Positions 63,862 to 64,000 of a stretch of 64,000 bases of DNA are shown one piece after another; position 1 is the first letter of the stretch; each line of letters begins with the position of its first letter. The notes under the pieces are model-generated. The model had not been told where the DNA came from, ran no database searches, and saw nothing but the letters and a program-made list of their open reading frames with translations. The stretch lies in NCBI GenBank assembly GCA_051362555.1, contig CM120649.1, forward strand, positions 7,130,001-7,194,000, written 5' to 3'. A program made the position numbers and the translations under genes. This DNA comes from Lingula anatina. Lineage: Eukaryota > Animalia > Brachiopoda.

Positions 63862-64000
63862 CCTTTTGTTGTACGCTGCAAGTGCATTTTCTACTCAGAA
63901 AAATATCCATGTACAATTTATTCATAGTGTTTTTAATCATTTAAGAAATTGAAATAAAATAAATGCTGACCAACTTGCCACTTGGTATATTTGGTCGAGC

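Overview
AT-rich, intron-containing animal genomic DNA, most likely an invertebrate lophotrochozoan such as a mollusc (inferred from the gene families and repeat types). In order, the window holds: the last two exons of the mitochondrial rhomboid PARL (+); two tandem TNF/TRAIL-like ligand genes (-), the second with a decayed Tc1 element in an intron; two tandem CHST11-like carbohydrate sulfotransferases (-) in a ~4 kb duplication whose partial third unit is interrupted by a Harbinger transposon; an intact but unusually divergent TRMU/MnmA (-) head-to-head with SUCLA2 (+); a peptide-receptor-like class A GPCR (-); and tRNA-Sec (+). There are many non-autonomous DNA transposons (Helentron/HINE-like, Tourist-like, Kolobok-like). 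The most notable observation is that one SUCLA2 intron (49123-49515) is a Kolobok-like MITE inserted at TTAA in coding sequence. Its AG|GT terminus, the duplicated TTAA and the host AG would splice it out with no scar, and a free copy of the same family lies at 56161-56537. This makes it a candidate intron-generating element (introner). All gene models were assembled by eye from GT-AG signals, reading-frame phase and remembered homology; no searches or alignments were run.
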